Below are positions 16,612-25,564 of a stretch of 32,000 bases of DNA, in pieces (within the stretch, counting starts at the first letter, position 1; each line of letters starts with the position of its first letter). Location: assembly GCF_025567005.1 (NCBI RefSeq), contig NZ_JAOQKE010000006.1, forward strand, positions 174-32,173, given 5' to 3'. A program made the translations under genes and the position numbers. The notes under the pieces are model-generated. The model was not told the origin of the DNA. It saw only the letters and a list, made by a program, of their open reading frames with translations, and did not search any database. The stretch is from Muricoprocola aceti. Its GTDB lineage: Bacteria > Bacillota > Clostridia > Lachnospirales > Lachnospiraceae.

Positions 16612-18063
16612 TCACTTTTTCCTGATTTTATACCTGTTTCTCTCTACTTTGTTCTCCGTTTCTTTCGTCTGTTCTTTCAATATTCTGCGCTTTAACTGTT
16701 TCCCGGAAAATGGAAGAAGTGGGTATAAATAACTTTTTCCAGATACTGTCTTATTCGTCCCGATAAAAAGACATACCAAAATGCTGCCCACCAAAAAACC
16801 TGGCAAAGCAAAAAATTCTGTCAAAATCAGCAACATCAACCGCATGAATTTTAATGCATAACCCAATTCAAAATTGGACTGGGTATAGTTGGCTATCGCT
16901 ACAAATGCCATATACAACATAGCTTCTGAATTAAACCATCCAGACTGTACAGCAAATTCTCCCACCACAATACCTGCAATGACACTTAACGGTGTAGATA
17001 AGGTATTTGGTGTGTTGATTGCTGCCAGCTTTAATCCATCAATCGCAAATTCCAGGAATAATAACTGCCAGATCACCGGGATGTGTATCGTTCCTTCTAC
17101 CTGAATAAACTCCATTCCCGGCGGAATCCACTGGGGATGTTCCAGCAGCAGCAGCCACAACGGTGTCAGGAACAGCGTAAGTATGGCAATCACAAGACGG
17201 CTGATCCGCAGATAACTGCCGGTTACCGGTGGAAAATAATAATCATCTGCTTCCTCCATAATATCCAGCAACGTCGCCGGAAGGATCATGGCAGTTGGAG
17301 CATTATCTATCAGTATCAGAACTTTTCCATCCAGCAGCGATGCTGCCGCTGCATCAGGTCGTTCTGTATATTTGAACTTCGGAAACGGGTTTATCCATTT
17401 TCCTTTATAGAGTACCTCAGCCAGACTTTCCTGGTTCATAGGCAGGGCATCTATCTTCATATTCTGAATTCTTTCTTTTAATTGATCTACCAGATCAGGA
17501 TCTGCCCTGCCTGCCATATAACAAATGGCTATATCTGTCTTAGAAGCTTCCCCTGCCTGGAGCAGTTCCATTACCAGATCTTTACTGCGGATTCGCCTTC
17601 GAATCAGCGCTGTATTATACACCAATGTTTCTACAAACCCATCCCTGGAACCTCGCAGTGCCTTATCTTTATCTGGTTCACTGATACTTCGCATAGGATA
17701 GCTGCGACAGTCTATGGTAAAACAGGCATCATACCCGTCAATCAGGAGGCAGGCCATGCCTGCCAGCACGGACTGCATCACCTCCGACAAGTCTGTCAGG
17801 AGCCGGACGTCTGCGTAAGGGATCTGATTCTTTGTCAAATCTTCGCTGTCCTGAGGCAGATCCTCCGGTGTCAGAGAATAGAAAAATTCCAGCAGCTTTT
17901 CCAACACTTCATCTTTCACAAATCCATTGATAAAATACAGACACGCCTGTTGATCTCCCACTCGAATCGGACGGAAAATCATATCATAGTTCTGATCTGC
18001 CCGTAGCAATTCGTACAATAATCTGGTATTTTCATATAAATCTGTAGAAATTTTTGTTTCCAT
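16612..18063 (-). CDS. GerA-family spore germination protein (GerAA/SpoVAF-like), orphan
   Basis: 483-aa ORF. GerA-family pattern GFVETLVYNTALIRRRI...ICYMAGRADPDLV...ERPDAAAASLLDGKVLILIDNAPTAMILPATLLDIMEEADDYY, followed by a C-terminal multi-TM region. No GerAB-type or GerAC-type gene lies nearby. Confidence 0.85.
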   Translation of the reverse strand: METKISTDLYENTRLLYELLRADQNYDMIFRPIRVGDQQACLYFINGFVKDEVLEKLLEFFYSLTPEDLPQDSEDLTKNQIPYADVRLLTDLSEVMQSVLAGMACLLIDGYDACFTIDCRSYPMRSISEPDKDKALRGSRDGFVETLVYNTALIRRRIRSKDLVMELLQAGEASKTDIAICYMAGRADPDLVDQLKERIQNMKIDALPMNQESLAEVLYKGKWINPFPKFKYTERPDAAAASLLDGKVLILIDNAPTAMILPATLLDIMEEADDYYFPPVTGSYLRISRLVIAILTLFLTPLWLLLLEHPQWIPPGMEFIQVEGTIHIPVIWQLLFLEFAIDGLKLAAINTPNTLSTPLSVIAGIVVGEFAVQSGWFNSEAMLYMAFVAIANYTQSNFELGYALKFMRLMLLILTEFFALPGFLVGSILVCLFIGTNKTVSGKSYLYPLLPFSGKQLKRRILKEQTKETENKVERNRYKIRKK

Positions 18064-18070
18064 TAAAAAA

Positions 18071-18113
18071 CTCCTTTGGGTTATTCACTTTCTTAAGTGT
18101 TCCCCCAAAGGAG
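18071..18113 (-). promoter_or_regulatory. SD-sequestering stem-loop in the 5' UTR of the GerA-family gene
   Basis: 10-bp perfect arms, ctcctttggg (18071..18080) and cccaaaggag (18104..18113), plus an inner 5-bp helix cactt/aagtg. On the mRNA the 3' arm CCCAAAGGAG contains the SD AAAGGAG, 7 nt before the ATG at 18063. Confidence 0.55.
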
Positions 18114-18182
18114 CTGTTTTATTCTGCATAAATAGTGCATAAGATATAAAAACAAGATTTCTGTTTTCAAAGGAGATCCGTT

Positions 18183-18614
18183 ATGAGTTCCAAAACCAAA
18201 ATCCTGCTGCTAAAAAAACGCGAACTGATCTATACCCTGCTTTTTGCTGCACTTGCTGTTATCCTGATTGTCCTGATGATATGGATGTTTCTCCCTGCTG
18301 TCAGAAAAAGTTCTCAAGCCTCCGCTTCTTTTTCTCCAGGCATCTACACCTCACAGGTAACTCTGCAGAACAATACCATGGATGTGGAAGTCCGGGCTGA
18401 TCATTCCGGCATACGAAGTATCGAATTGCGCAATCTCAGCGACGCTGTATCTGCCATGTATCCTGCCATACAGCCTTCTCTGGATAAGCTGGCCCGCCAG
18501 ATCTGTGACAGCCAGTCTCTGGAAAATATCTATTATGAAAAAAGCAGTCAGTATACTTCCCAGATGCTGCTGGATGCCATCCGTTCAGCACTGGAACTGG
18601 CCAGAGAAATTTAA
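18183..18614 (+). CDS. membrane-anchored hypothetical protein, possibly a degenerate FMN_bind-like domain
   Basis: 143-aa ORF with SD AAGGAGA and an N-terminal TM segment LIYTLLFAALAVILIVLMIWMFL. The ectodomain pattern GIYTS...MDVEVRADHSGIRSIEL...QSLENI...YTSQMLLDAIRSAL resembles FMN_bind domains but lacks the GAT flavinylation motif. Confidence 0.6.
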   Translation: MSSKTKILLLKKRELIYTLLFAALAVILIVLMIWMFLPAVRKSSQASASFSPGIYTSQVTLQNNTMDVEVRADHSGIRSIELRNLSDAVSAMYPAIQPSLDKLARQICDSQSLENIYYEKSSQYTSQMLLDAIRSALELAREI

Positions 18615-18618
18615 TCCG

Positions 18619-20532
18619 TTATCCCAGGCGATCCAGCTGTTCTTTCCAGATCTGTATGCTGGCATCACTCGGCATACGTAAATCGCCTCTTGGAGAGACT
18701 GCAACACTTCCTACCTTCGGGCCGTCCGGGAGACAGGATCGTTTAAACTGCTGGGAGAAAAATCTCCAGTAAAAGGTACGCAGCCATTTCAGAATGACCT
18801 CATCTGTGTAGGTTCCCTGAAACGCATATTTTGCCAGGCGGTATACTTTTTCCGGTTCTTCTCCATAACGCATCATATGATATAAGAAGAAATCATGGAG
18901 CTCATAAGGGCCCACCAGATCTTCTGTTTTCTGGGAAATCGTTCCATTTTCCGGAGGCAGAAGTTCCGGGCTCACCGGTGTATCCAGCACATCCAGCAGA
19001 ACTTTCTCCAGCTGTTTATCTCCGCAGGTATCCGCATAATATTTTACCAGGTGACGTACCAGAGTCTTCGGAATCGATGTATTTACCGCATACATAGACA
19101 TATGGTCTCCATTATAAGTTGCCCATCCAAGTGCCAGCTCTGACAGATCTCCGGTACCGATTACCATGCCACCTGACTGGTTGGCCAGATCCATCAACAC
19201 CTGGGTCCGTTCTCTTGCCTGACAGTTCTCGTAAGTTACATCATGTTTTGCCGGATCCTGACCGATATCCACAAAATGCTTTCTTACTGCCTCCTGAATG
19301 TTGACTTCTTTTAAGGTTGCGCCTAATTTTCTGGTCAGCTCGCAGGCATTATTGTAAGTACGATCGGTCGTTCCAAAACAAGGCATGGTCACAGAAAGGA
19401 TACTGGTTCTCGGAAGCCCCAGCATATCCACTGCTTTTGCCATCACCAGGAGAGCCAGTGTGGAATCCAGTCCTCCTGAAATTCCTACTACTACCGACTT
19501 ACATCCCGTATGTGACATTCTCTTTTTCAGTCCCAATGCCTGAATCGTGAGAATCTCCTCACATCTGCACTCTCTGTCTGACTTATCGGAAGGCACAAAT
19601 GGATTTGGATCCACATACCGTGTCAGGTTCGTATCACTCTTCTTCAGATGAAATTCTATATCACAGTAATCTCCGGCGCCTTCTACCTGATAAGTTGTCA
19701 TACGGCGACGCTCACTGCGCAACTTATGGATATCCAGTTCACTGTATATGATTTCGTTTTGAAAGCGCTGCGACTGTTTTAAAATCGTTCCATTTTCGGC
19801 AATCAGATTATGTCCGGAAAATACAAGATCGGTTGTGGATTCTCCCTCTCCTGCACTTGCATAGAGATAGCCACAGATCAGTCTGGCTGACTGGTTCTGT
19901 ACCAGAGCCGTACGATACAGACTCTTTCCGGTATTCTCATTGCTTGCGGACAAATTCACAATCACAGTGGCACCTGCCATAGCTGCCGCCACACTTGGCG
20001 GGTTCGGTACCCAGAGGTCTTCACAGATCTCTGCTGCCACAGTCAGCCCCGGCATATCAGCACAGTGAAACAGCTGATTCATTCCAAACGGAACTTCATG
20101 CCCGTCAAAAGTCACCCACTCTACATCCTTCCGGCCGGGTGTAAAATGGCGGGCCTCATAAAATTCTGCATAATTTGGAAGGTATCTCTTGGGAACGAGT
20201 CCCAGAAGTTCTCCCTGGCTAACTGCCGCAGCCACATTATAAAGCTTCTGATCCACTTCCCATGGCAGCCCCACAAAGAACAATCCGTCCATCGCCAGAG
20301 ATGTTTTTATGATCTTCTTCAGCCCTTCTTTTGCCGCATCCAAAAGATGCTCCTGCCAGAACAGATCACTGCAGGTATATCCAGTCAGACACAGTTCTGG
20401 AAATACTACAATCTTTGCTCCCTGTCCGGCAGCTTTTTTCATATCTCTGCAGACAGATTCTGCATTATATGTACAGTCTGCCACCTTAATGTCTGGCGTC
20501 GCTGCCGCCACTTTTACAAACCCGTGTTTCAT
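18619..20532 (-). CDS. nadE: glutamine-dependent NAD+ synthetase
   Basis: 637-aa ORF. N-terminal CN-hydrolase (glutaminase) domain and C-terminal NAD synthetase domain with PP-loop GISGGLDS. Confidence 0.95.
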   Translation of the reverse strand: MKHGFVKVAAATPDIKVADCTYNAESVCRDMKKAAGQGAKIVVFPELCLTGYTCSDLFWQEHLLDAAKEGLKKIIKTSLAMDGLFFVGLPWEVDQKLYNVAAAVSQGELLGLVPKRYLPNYAEFYEARHFTPGRKDVEWVTFDGHEVPFGMNQLFHCADMPGLTVAAEICEDLWVPNPPSVAAAMAGATVIVNLSASNENTGKSLYRTALVQNQSARLICGYLYASAGEGESTTDLVFSGHNLIAENGTILKQSQRFQNEIIYSELDIHKLRSERRRMTTYQVEGAGDYCDIEFHLKKSDTNLTRYVDPNPFVPSDKSDRECRCEEILTIQALGLKKRMSHTGCKSVVVGISGGLDSTLALLVMAKAVDMLGLPRTSILSVTMPCFGTTDRTYNNACELTRKLGATLKEVNIQEAVRKHFVDIGQDPAKHDVTYENCQARERTQVLMDLANQSGGMVIGTGDLSELALGWATYNGDHMSMYAVNTSIPKTLVRHLVKYYADTCGDKQLEKVLLDVLDTPVSPELLPPENGTISQKTEDLVGPYELHDFFLYHMMRYGEEPEKVYRLAKYAFQGTYTDEVILKWLRTFYWRFFSQQFKRSCLPDGPKVGSVAVSPRGDLRMPSDASIQIWKEQLDRLG

Positions 20533-20549
20533 ATCAGTCTCCTATCTGC

Positions 20550-21440
20550 CTATCTTGTTGCTTCTTTTTTCAATGCTTCCAGTTCTTCTACCGAGAACTT
20601 ATAATTGGTATTACAAAAATGACAGTTTACTTCAATCTCTTCTCCGTCATCAATCATGTTCTGTAATTCTTTTTTCCCAATGCTGATGATTGCCCTGGAA
20701 ACCCGTTTTTTAGAACAGTTACAGTGAAATCTTGTCTCCATTGTATCTGTAAATTCCACACCAAGATCTCCCAGCAGATTTTCCAGAATCTGTTCCGGCG
20801 TATTACCGGCATCCAGCATGGCGGTTACTGATGTTACATTCTGAATTTTCTGTTCCAGCGCAGCGATGACTTTCTCTTCTGCAAACGGCATCAGCTGAAT
20901 AATAAATCCACCAGCCTGACGTACTGTATTTTCTTTGTTCATCAGCACGCCCAGTCCCACTGCGGAAGGTACCTGCTCCGATGTGGCAAAATAGTAAGTC
21001 AGATCCTCTGCAATCTCACAGGTCTGCAGCATGGTCTGACTGGAATACGGTTTTTTCATTCCCATATCTTTGATCACATTTAAGAATCCAGGGCCTACTG
21101 CACATGCCACATCCAGCTTACCTTTTGCATTAGCCGGAATCACAACATTTGGATTTCCCACATATCCTTTTACATTTCCATGAGAATCTGCTGTTACTGT
21201 AATGCCCTTTAACGGACCTCCTGCTTTGATCTGAAGGGTAAGTACATCTTCGTCCCCCTTCATCATACTGCCCATCATGGCTCCGGCTGTCAAAAGACGT
21301 CCAAGAGCTGCTGTTGCCACCGGACTGGTATTGTGCGCATTTCTGGCATACTCTACCAGGTCTCTTGTTGTTGCAGCAAACGCTCTGATCTGGCTGTCTG
21401 CTGCCGTTGCTCTTACAATATAATCAGACATTTCTGTCAT
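20550..21440 (-). CDS. hslO: redox-regulated chaperone Hsp33
   Basis: 296-aa ORF. Hsp33 N-terminal pattern YIVRATAADSQIRAFAATTRDLV and the C-terminal zinc-switch cysteines FHCNCS...CHFCNTNY. It overlaps the upstream methyltransferase gene by 17 nt. Confidence 0.93.
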   Translation of the reverse strand: MTEMSDYIVRATAADSQIRAFAATTRDLVEYARNAHNTSPVATAALGRLLTAGAMMGSMMKGDEDVLTLQIKAGGPLKGITVTADSHGNVKGYVGNPNVVIPANAKGKLDVACAVGPGFLNVIKDMGMKKPYSSQTMLQTCEIAEDLTYYFATSEQVPSAVGLGVLMNKENTVRQAGGFIIQLMPFAEEKVIAALEQKIQNVTSVTAMLDAGNTPEQILENLLGDLGVEFTDTMETRFHCNCSKKRVSRAIISIGKKELQNMIDDGEEIEVNCHFCNTNYKFSVEELEALKKEATR

Positions 21441-22227
21441 CCTTTCTGTTTTCTATTTTATTTTTCTTACCTTTTTCTCTGGCCATGATATAGATTCGTT
21501 CACTGCTCTCTGTCGCTTCTTTCATCGTATCCGCATCCAAAGCGGATACCCATTCCATTCCGGCCTGCATCAATATCTGACGAACGGTATCGATTTTATA
21601 TCCTCTCTGATCATGGAGTTCCTGTTCTCTTCGATAGAGTCCGGATTTCTCTCTGATGAACAATGTCAGATCATATTCGTTGATCTGTTCTTCTTCAAAC
21701 CAGCTGTTCTCCCAGATAAAGCTGCCCTCTTCTCTGCTGTCTGCCAGAACGCAGTCTCCACAGACATCACGAAAATAATGTATGGTCTTCAAATCAAAAA
21801 GAAAGAGTCCACCAGGATCCAGATAATTGTTCACACAGGCAAATACCTGTTCCAGATCCTTTTCAGTCAGAATATAATTCATAGAATCACAGACACTGAC
21901 TACGGCTTTTACTGTGCCGTACAATTCAAACTCCCGCATATCCTGCTGCAGGTATAGAATATCATAGCCTGACTCTGCCTTTTTCTCTAACGCCTGCTCC
22001 AGCATTTCCATGCTGGAATCCACTCCAATCATATCATACCCGGATCCTGCCATCAGTTCTGTAAAGGTGCCTGTTCCACATCCCAGTTCCAGTACCAGAC
22101 CGTTGTGGACTCCTTCTTTTTGTAGTATCTGTGTAATATTGGCAAGCCACTTTTTATATGGAATTTCTTCCATGAACATATCGTATACAGAAGCAAACTC
22201 TTCGTATGCTGCACGTTCTTCTTTCAT
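21424..22227 (-). CDS. class I SAM-dependent methyltransferase, substrate unknown
   Basis: 267-aa ORF with SAM motif I VLELGCGTG and downstream GVDSS / LQQDM motifs. Confidence 0.85.
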   Translation of the reverse strand: MKEERAAYEEFASVYDMFMEEIPYKKWLANITQILQKEGVHNGLVLELGCGTGTFTELMAGSGYDMIGVDSSMEMLEQALEKKAESGYDILYLQQDMREFELYGTVKAVVSVCDSMNYILTEKDLEQVFACVNNYLDPGGLFLFDLKTIHYFRDVCGDCVLADSREEGSFIWENSWFEEEQINEYDLTLFIREKSGLYRREQELHDQRGYKIDTVRQILMQAGMEWVSALDADTMKEATESSERIYIMAREKGKKNKIENRKDDRNV

Positions 22228-22266
22228 TTTGTGTGGTATCCTCTCCTGTGCATATATTCCGGTATC

Positions 22267-23319
22267 TTACAGATACTGTTCCAGGAATGCGATCAGCTTT
22301 TTCATCTGCTCCTCTGTTCCAATCGTAATACGTAAGTAATTATCAATACCTGGCTTATTGAAGTAACGCACAAAAATATGCTGCTTCTTCAGTGCTTCAA
22401 ATAATTCTTTTGCCGGCACATGCTCATGTGTGGCAAAAATAAAATTTGTCTTTGAATCCGGGAAAGAAAATCCCAGTCTCTTCAGTTCTTTCTTTGTCCA
22501 CTCCCTGACAGTCACAATCTTTGCAGTGGTCTCCCGAAAATATGCTTCATCCTGAATTGCTGCGCTTCCCAGGATCAGACTTGGCCGGTTCATGGTATAG
22601 GAATTAAAGGAATATTTGGCGTCATTCAGATAATGTATCATTTTCTCACTTCCGAATGCAAACCCAATACGCATACCAGCCATGGATCTGGACTTGGATG
22701 TGGTCTGGACCACCAGAAGATTCTCATATTTTTCTATTAACGGCAACACAGATGCTGCTCCAAAATCCACATAGGCCTCATCGATGATCACAACAGACTC
22801 TGGATTGTGTGCTATAATTCTTTCCACCTCTTCAAAAGGCATTTCCACACCGGTCGGTGCATTGGGGTTTGGAAAAATAATGCCACCATTTTCTTTCATA
22901 TAATCTTCCGGCACAATGGCAAATTCTTCGTTTAAAGGAATCTGCTCATACGGAATTCGAAAGAGATCTGCCCACACATCATAAAACGAATACGTAATAT
23001 TCGGGAATAAAATCGGTTTATCCGAATTAAAAAATGTCAGGAAAGCCATAGCCAGTACATCATCTGATCCCACTCCCACAAATACCTGTTCCTTTTTCAC
23101 ATGATAGACTGCTGCCAGCCCTTCTACCAGAGCATCGGCTGCCGGCGCCGGATACAGGCGCAGAGCATCTGCATCCATTTCCTTCAGTGCCTTTTCTACC
23201 AATGGAGATGGCGGATATGGATTTTCATTAGTGTTTAACTTTATCATGTCCGGAAAATCCGGCTGTTCTCCCGGTGTATACGGAACTACTTTTCTTACGT
23301 TTTCTTCCCAGATACTCAT
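22267..23319 (-). CDS. hisC: histidinol-phosphate aminotransferase
   Basis: MSIWEENVRKVVPYTPGEQ...LNTNENPYPPS...PLP-lysine motif TTSKSRSMAGMRIGF. The start is taken at ATG 23319 (SD AGGAGA 6 nt upstream). The track ORF begins 5 codons earlier at an ATG embedded in that SD. Confidence 0.9.
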   Translation of the reverse strand: MSIWEENVRKVVPYTPGEQPDFPDMIKLNTNENPYPPSPLVEKALKEMDADALRLYPAPAADALVEGLAAVYHVKKEQVFVGVGSDDVLAMAFLTFFNSDKPILFPNITYSFYDVWADLFRIPYEQIPLNEEFAIVPEDYMKENGGIIFPNPNAPTGVEMPFEEVERIIAHNPESVVIIDEAYVDFGAASVLPLIEKYENLLVVQTTSKSRSMAGMRIGFAFGSEKMIHYLNDAKYSFNSYTMNRPSLILGSAAIQDEAYFRETTAKIVTVREWTKKELKRLGFSFPDSKTNFIFATHEHVPAKELFEALKKQHIFVRYFNKPGIDNYLRITIGTEEQMKKLIAFLEQYL

Positions 23320-23348
23320 TGCTCTTCTCCTCATTTTTGCATATTTTT

Positions 23349-24539
23349 CTATTTCAGTCCATATTCTTCTGCCAGTTTTTCAAACTGTCCAAGAGAATTG
23401 CAGATAGTTTCATAAGATACACAATAGGCCAGCCGTACATACCCCGGTCCTGCAAAAGAAGAACCTGGTACAATCAGCAAATGATATTTTTTAGCCGCTT
23501 CGCAAAATACCTTATCATCTTCAACCGGCGATTTCATCCAGAGATAAAAGGCTCCTTCTGGTTTGACACAGGTAAATCCCATTTTTGTCAATCCTTCATA
23601 CAGTTCCTTTCGATTGCGGTCATAATATTCCAGATCAACTTTTGCATCCAGACATCTGGCAATCACCCGTTGAAACAGGGATGGTGCATTCACGTAGCCC
23701 AATATACGATTTGCCACATTGGCAGCCCCAATGATGGTCTCGCTGTCGTCCGCTTCATCAGGAATTACCAGATAACCAATACGCTCTCCCGGAAGGGACA
23801 GAGATTTGCTGTAGGAATAACCTACAATCGTATTGTGATAATACCTGGTCAGATAAGGTACTTCCACTCCATCATAGGCCAGTTCCCGGTATGGTTCATC
23901 TGAAACCAGATAAATACTGATACCGTATTCGGCTTCTTTCTTTCTAAGAATCTCTGCCATCTTCTGGATAGTTTCTTCAGAATATACCACACCGGTTGGA
24001 TTATTTGGAGAATTCACGATCACTGCCTTTGTCTTTTCACAGATCATTTCTTCGAATTTTTCCAGATTTGGCTGAAAATCTGTAGTATTGGCCGGTACTG
24101 CTTTTAGAATTCCCTCATAATTCGATACATACGAACGGTACTCCCCAAAATATGGTGCAAAAGTCAGCACTTCTTCTCCCGGATTCAGCAACGTCTTCAT
24201 CACTACGTTTAATCCTCCTGCTGCCCCTACTGTCATCAGGATATTTTCCAGATGGAAACTGGTTCCAAAACGCTGATTCAGAGAATCTGCAATCGCCGCA
24301 CGTACATCTTCATAGCCAGAATTGCTCATATATCCATGTACCATCAGTGGATCTTCTTCCTGAAGAATCTCTTCAACTGCCCGCTTTACTTCCTTTGGTG
24401 CAGGAACATTGGGATTGCCAAGGCTAAAATCATATACATTTTCGGCACCATATTTGGCTGCCATGATCTTTCCTTCTTCAAACATGGCCCGGATCGCCGA
24501 GCTGTTTTTTACCATTGCTGTCATTTTCTCTGAAATCAT
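23349..24539 (-). CDS. class I/II PLP-dependent aminotransferase (AspC-like)
   Basis: 396-aa ORF with DFSLGNPNVP, SPNNPTG and the PLP-lysine motif SYSKSLSLPGERIGY. SD is GAGGAGGAA. Confidence 0.88.
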   Translation of the reverse strand: MISEKMTAMVKNSSAIRAMFEEGKIMAAKYGAENVYDFSLGNPNVPAPKEVKRAVEEILQEEDPLMVHGYMSNSGYEDVRAAIADSLNQRFGTSFHLENILMTVGAAGGLNVVMKTLLNPGEEVLTFAPYFGEYRSYVSNYEGILKAVPANTTDFQPNLEKFEEMICEKTKAVIVNSPNNPTGVVYSEETIQKMAEILRKKEAEYGISIYLVSDEPYRELAYDGVEVPYLTRYYHNTIVGYSYSKSLSLPGERIGYLVIPDEADDSETIIGAANVANRILGYVNAPSLFQRVIARCLDAKVDLEYYDRNRKELYEGLTKMGFTCVKPEGAFYLWMKSPVEDDKVFCEAAKKYHLLIVPGSSFAGPGYVRLAYCVSYETICNSLGQFEKLAEEYGLK

Positions 24540-24557
24540 TTCCAGTTCCTCCTCTTG

Positions 24558-25454
24558 TTATTTCTTAAATCGAACCGTACCTTTTTCTACCATAAATACT
24601 GGATGGTACGATAACTTTGCCTTGCGAAGCCCTTCTTCTCCTACATCATCTTCTCGATTGATATAGGTATACCCTTCTGTCTCATGAATGACAAACTGCT
24701 GATTGATCATGGAATAAGCCCCTTCGATATCCGTGCGGGCCTTTTCAATATGAACTACAATGGTATCATCACATACCGGTTCGCCCATGGTAAATGCAAC
24801 TACTTCCTGATTCACCCGAAGAAGCCCTCCACGCAATCCCAGTTCCTTATACAGACGCAGTGAATTCATTGCCACTGTCATCTCTGCATTTTTTTCATCA
24901 TCTTCATCCACATCATTGGCATTTCTCCACTTCAGTGCCATCTGGAAACAGTCTTCCACGTTCTCATCCGAAATGCTCTCATACTTCCAGTCAGGATAGG
25001 TTTTCTGAAATTTGTTCACATGGTTCTTTTTTCCATGATACTTTTTTCCTGAGAGATTGGCAAGCTTTTCTCGCTCATAAACATAATCCGCAATATTTCT
25101 GTCATAAAAAATCTCAAACGTGTCCGGATAAAGTCGTTCCAGAATAGCATACTGTTCCGGTGTCACCTGCCCCAGACAGAAATCAAGATTCTCTTTTTCG
25201 CAATACATACGAATGGCTTCTATCGTTGCTTTTACATTCTTTTCTTCTCCGTACGGGAAATCAAAAAATATATCTTCTTTTCCGCATTTAAACACCATCA
25301 TATCTTCTATAATAGCATATTCCACATGATAAAATCTGGACCAGAGGTACACACAGGAAAAGGTACATTCACAGGCTCTGCTTTTCTGTTTGGCAAAATA
25401 CCGCATAATAATATCCCGATCTTCCAGTTCCGGTCTTTTAAACTCTATATTCAT
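24558..25454 (-). CDS. stand-alone DUF2156 protein (MprF/LysX C-terminal-domain-like)
   Basis: 298-aa ORF. The N-terminal pattern LEDRDIIMRYFAKQKSRACECTFSCVYLWSRFY and the overall size match free-standing DUF2156 proteins as I remember them. Not verified by HMM. Confidence 0.65.
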   Translation of the reverse strand: MNIEFKRPELEDRDIIMRYFAKQKSRACECTFSCVYLWSRFYHVEYAIIEDMMVFKCGKEDIFFDFPYGEEKNVKATIEAIRMYCEKENLDFCLGQVTPEQYAILERLYPDTFEIFYDRNIADYVYEREKLANLSGKKYHGKKNHVNKFQKTYPDWKYESISDENVEDCFQMALKWRNANDVDEDDEKNAEMTVAMNSLRLYKELGLRGGLLRVNQEVVAFTMGEPVCDDTIVVHIEKARTDIEGAYSMINQQFVIHETEGYTYINREDDVGEEGLRKAKLSYHPVFMVEKGTVRFKK

Positions 25455-25487
25455 TTTTTTCTGTTACCTCGTTGTTTTTCCATTTTT

Positions 25488-25534
25488 AAAAAGGAATGGA
25501 CGCACTTCTGTATCAATCGAAACACGCCCATCCC
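25488..25534 (-). terminator. intrinsic terminator after glmM
   Basis: On the minus-strand RNA, GGGAUGGGCG (25534..25525) pairs with CGUCCAUUCC (25502..25493). This gives 10 bp including two G-U pairs, so the helix works only on this strand. UUUUU follows (25492..25488). Confidence 0.7.
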
Positions 25535-25564
25535 TTTCCACACATCCATATACGGCAGGTTCGG

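Noticed and set aside
16072-16732. Plus-strand ORFs of 67, 159 and 194 aa.
   Set aside because: They are antisense to the lipoprotein gene and the 3' end of the GerA-family gene. They are Ser/Pro/Phe-rich mirror images of the Asn/Asp-rich coding repeats, with no start signals.
18071-18125. Reading the ctcctttggg/cccaaaggag hairpin plus CTGTTTTATT as a plus-strand intrinsic terminator.
   Set aside because: No plus-strand gene lies upstream, only the antisense of the GerA-family gene. The helix coincides exactly with that gene's SD, so the SD-sequestering interpretation fits better. An antisense-transcript terminator cannot be fully excluded.
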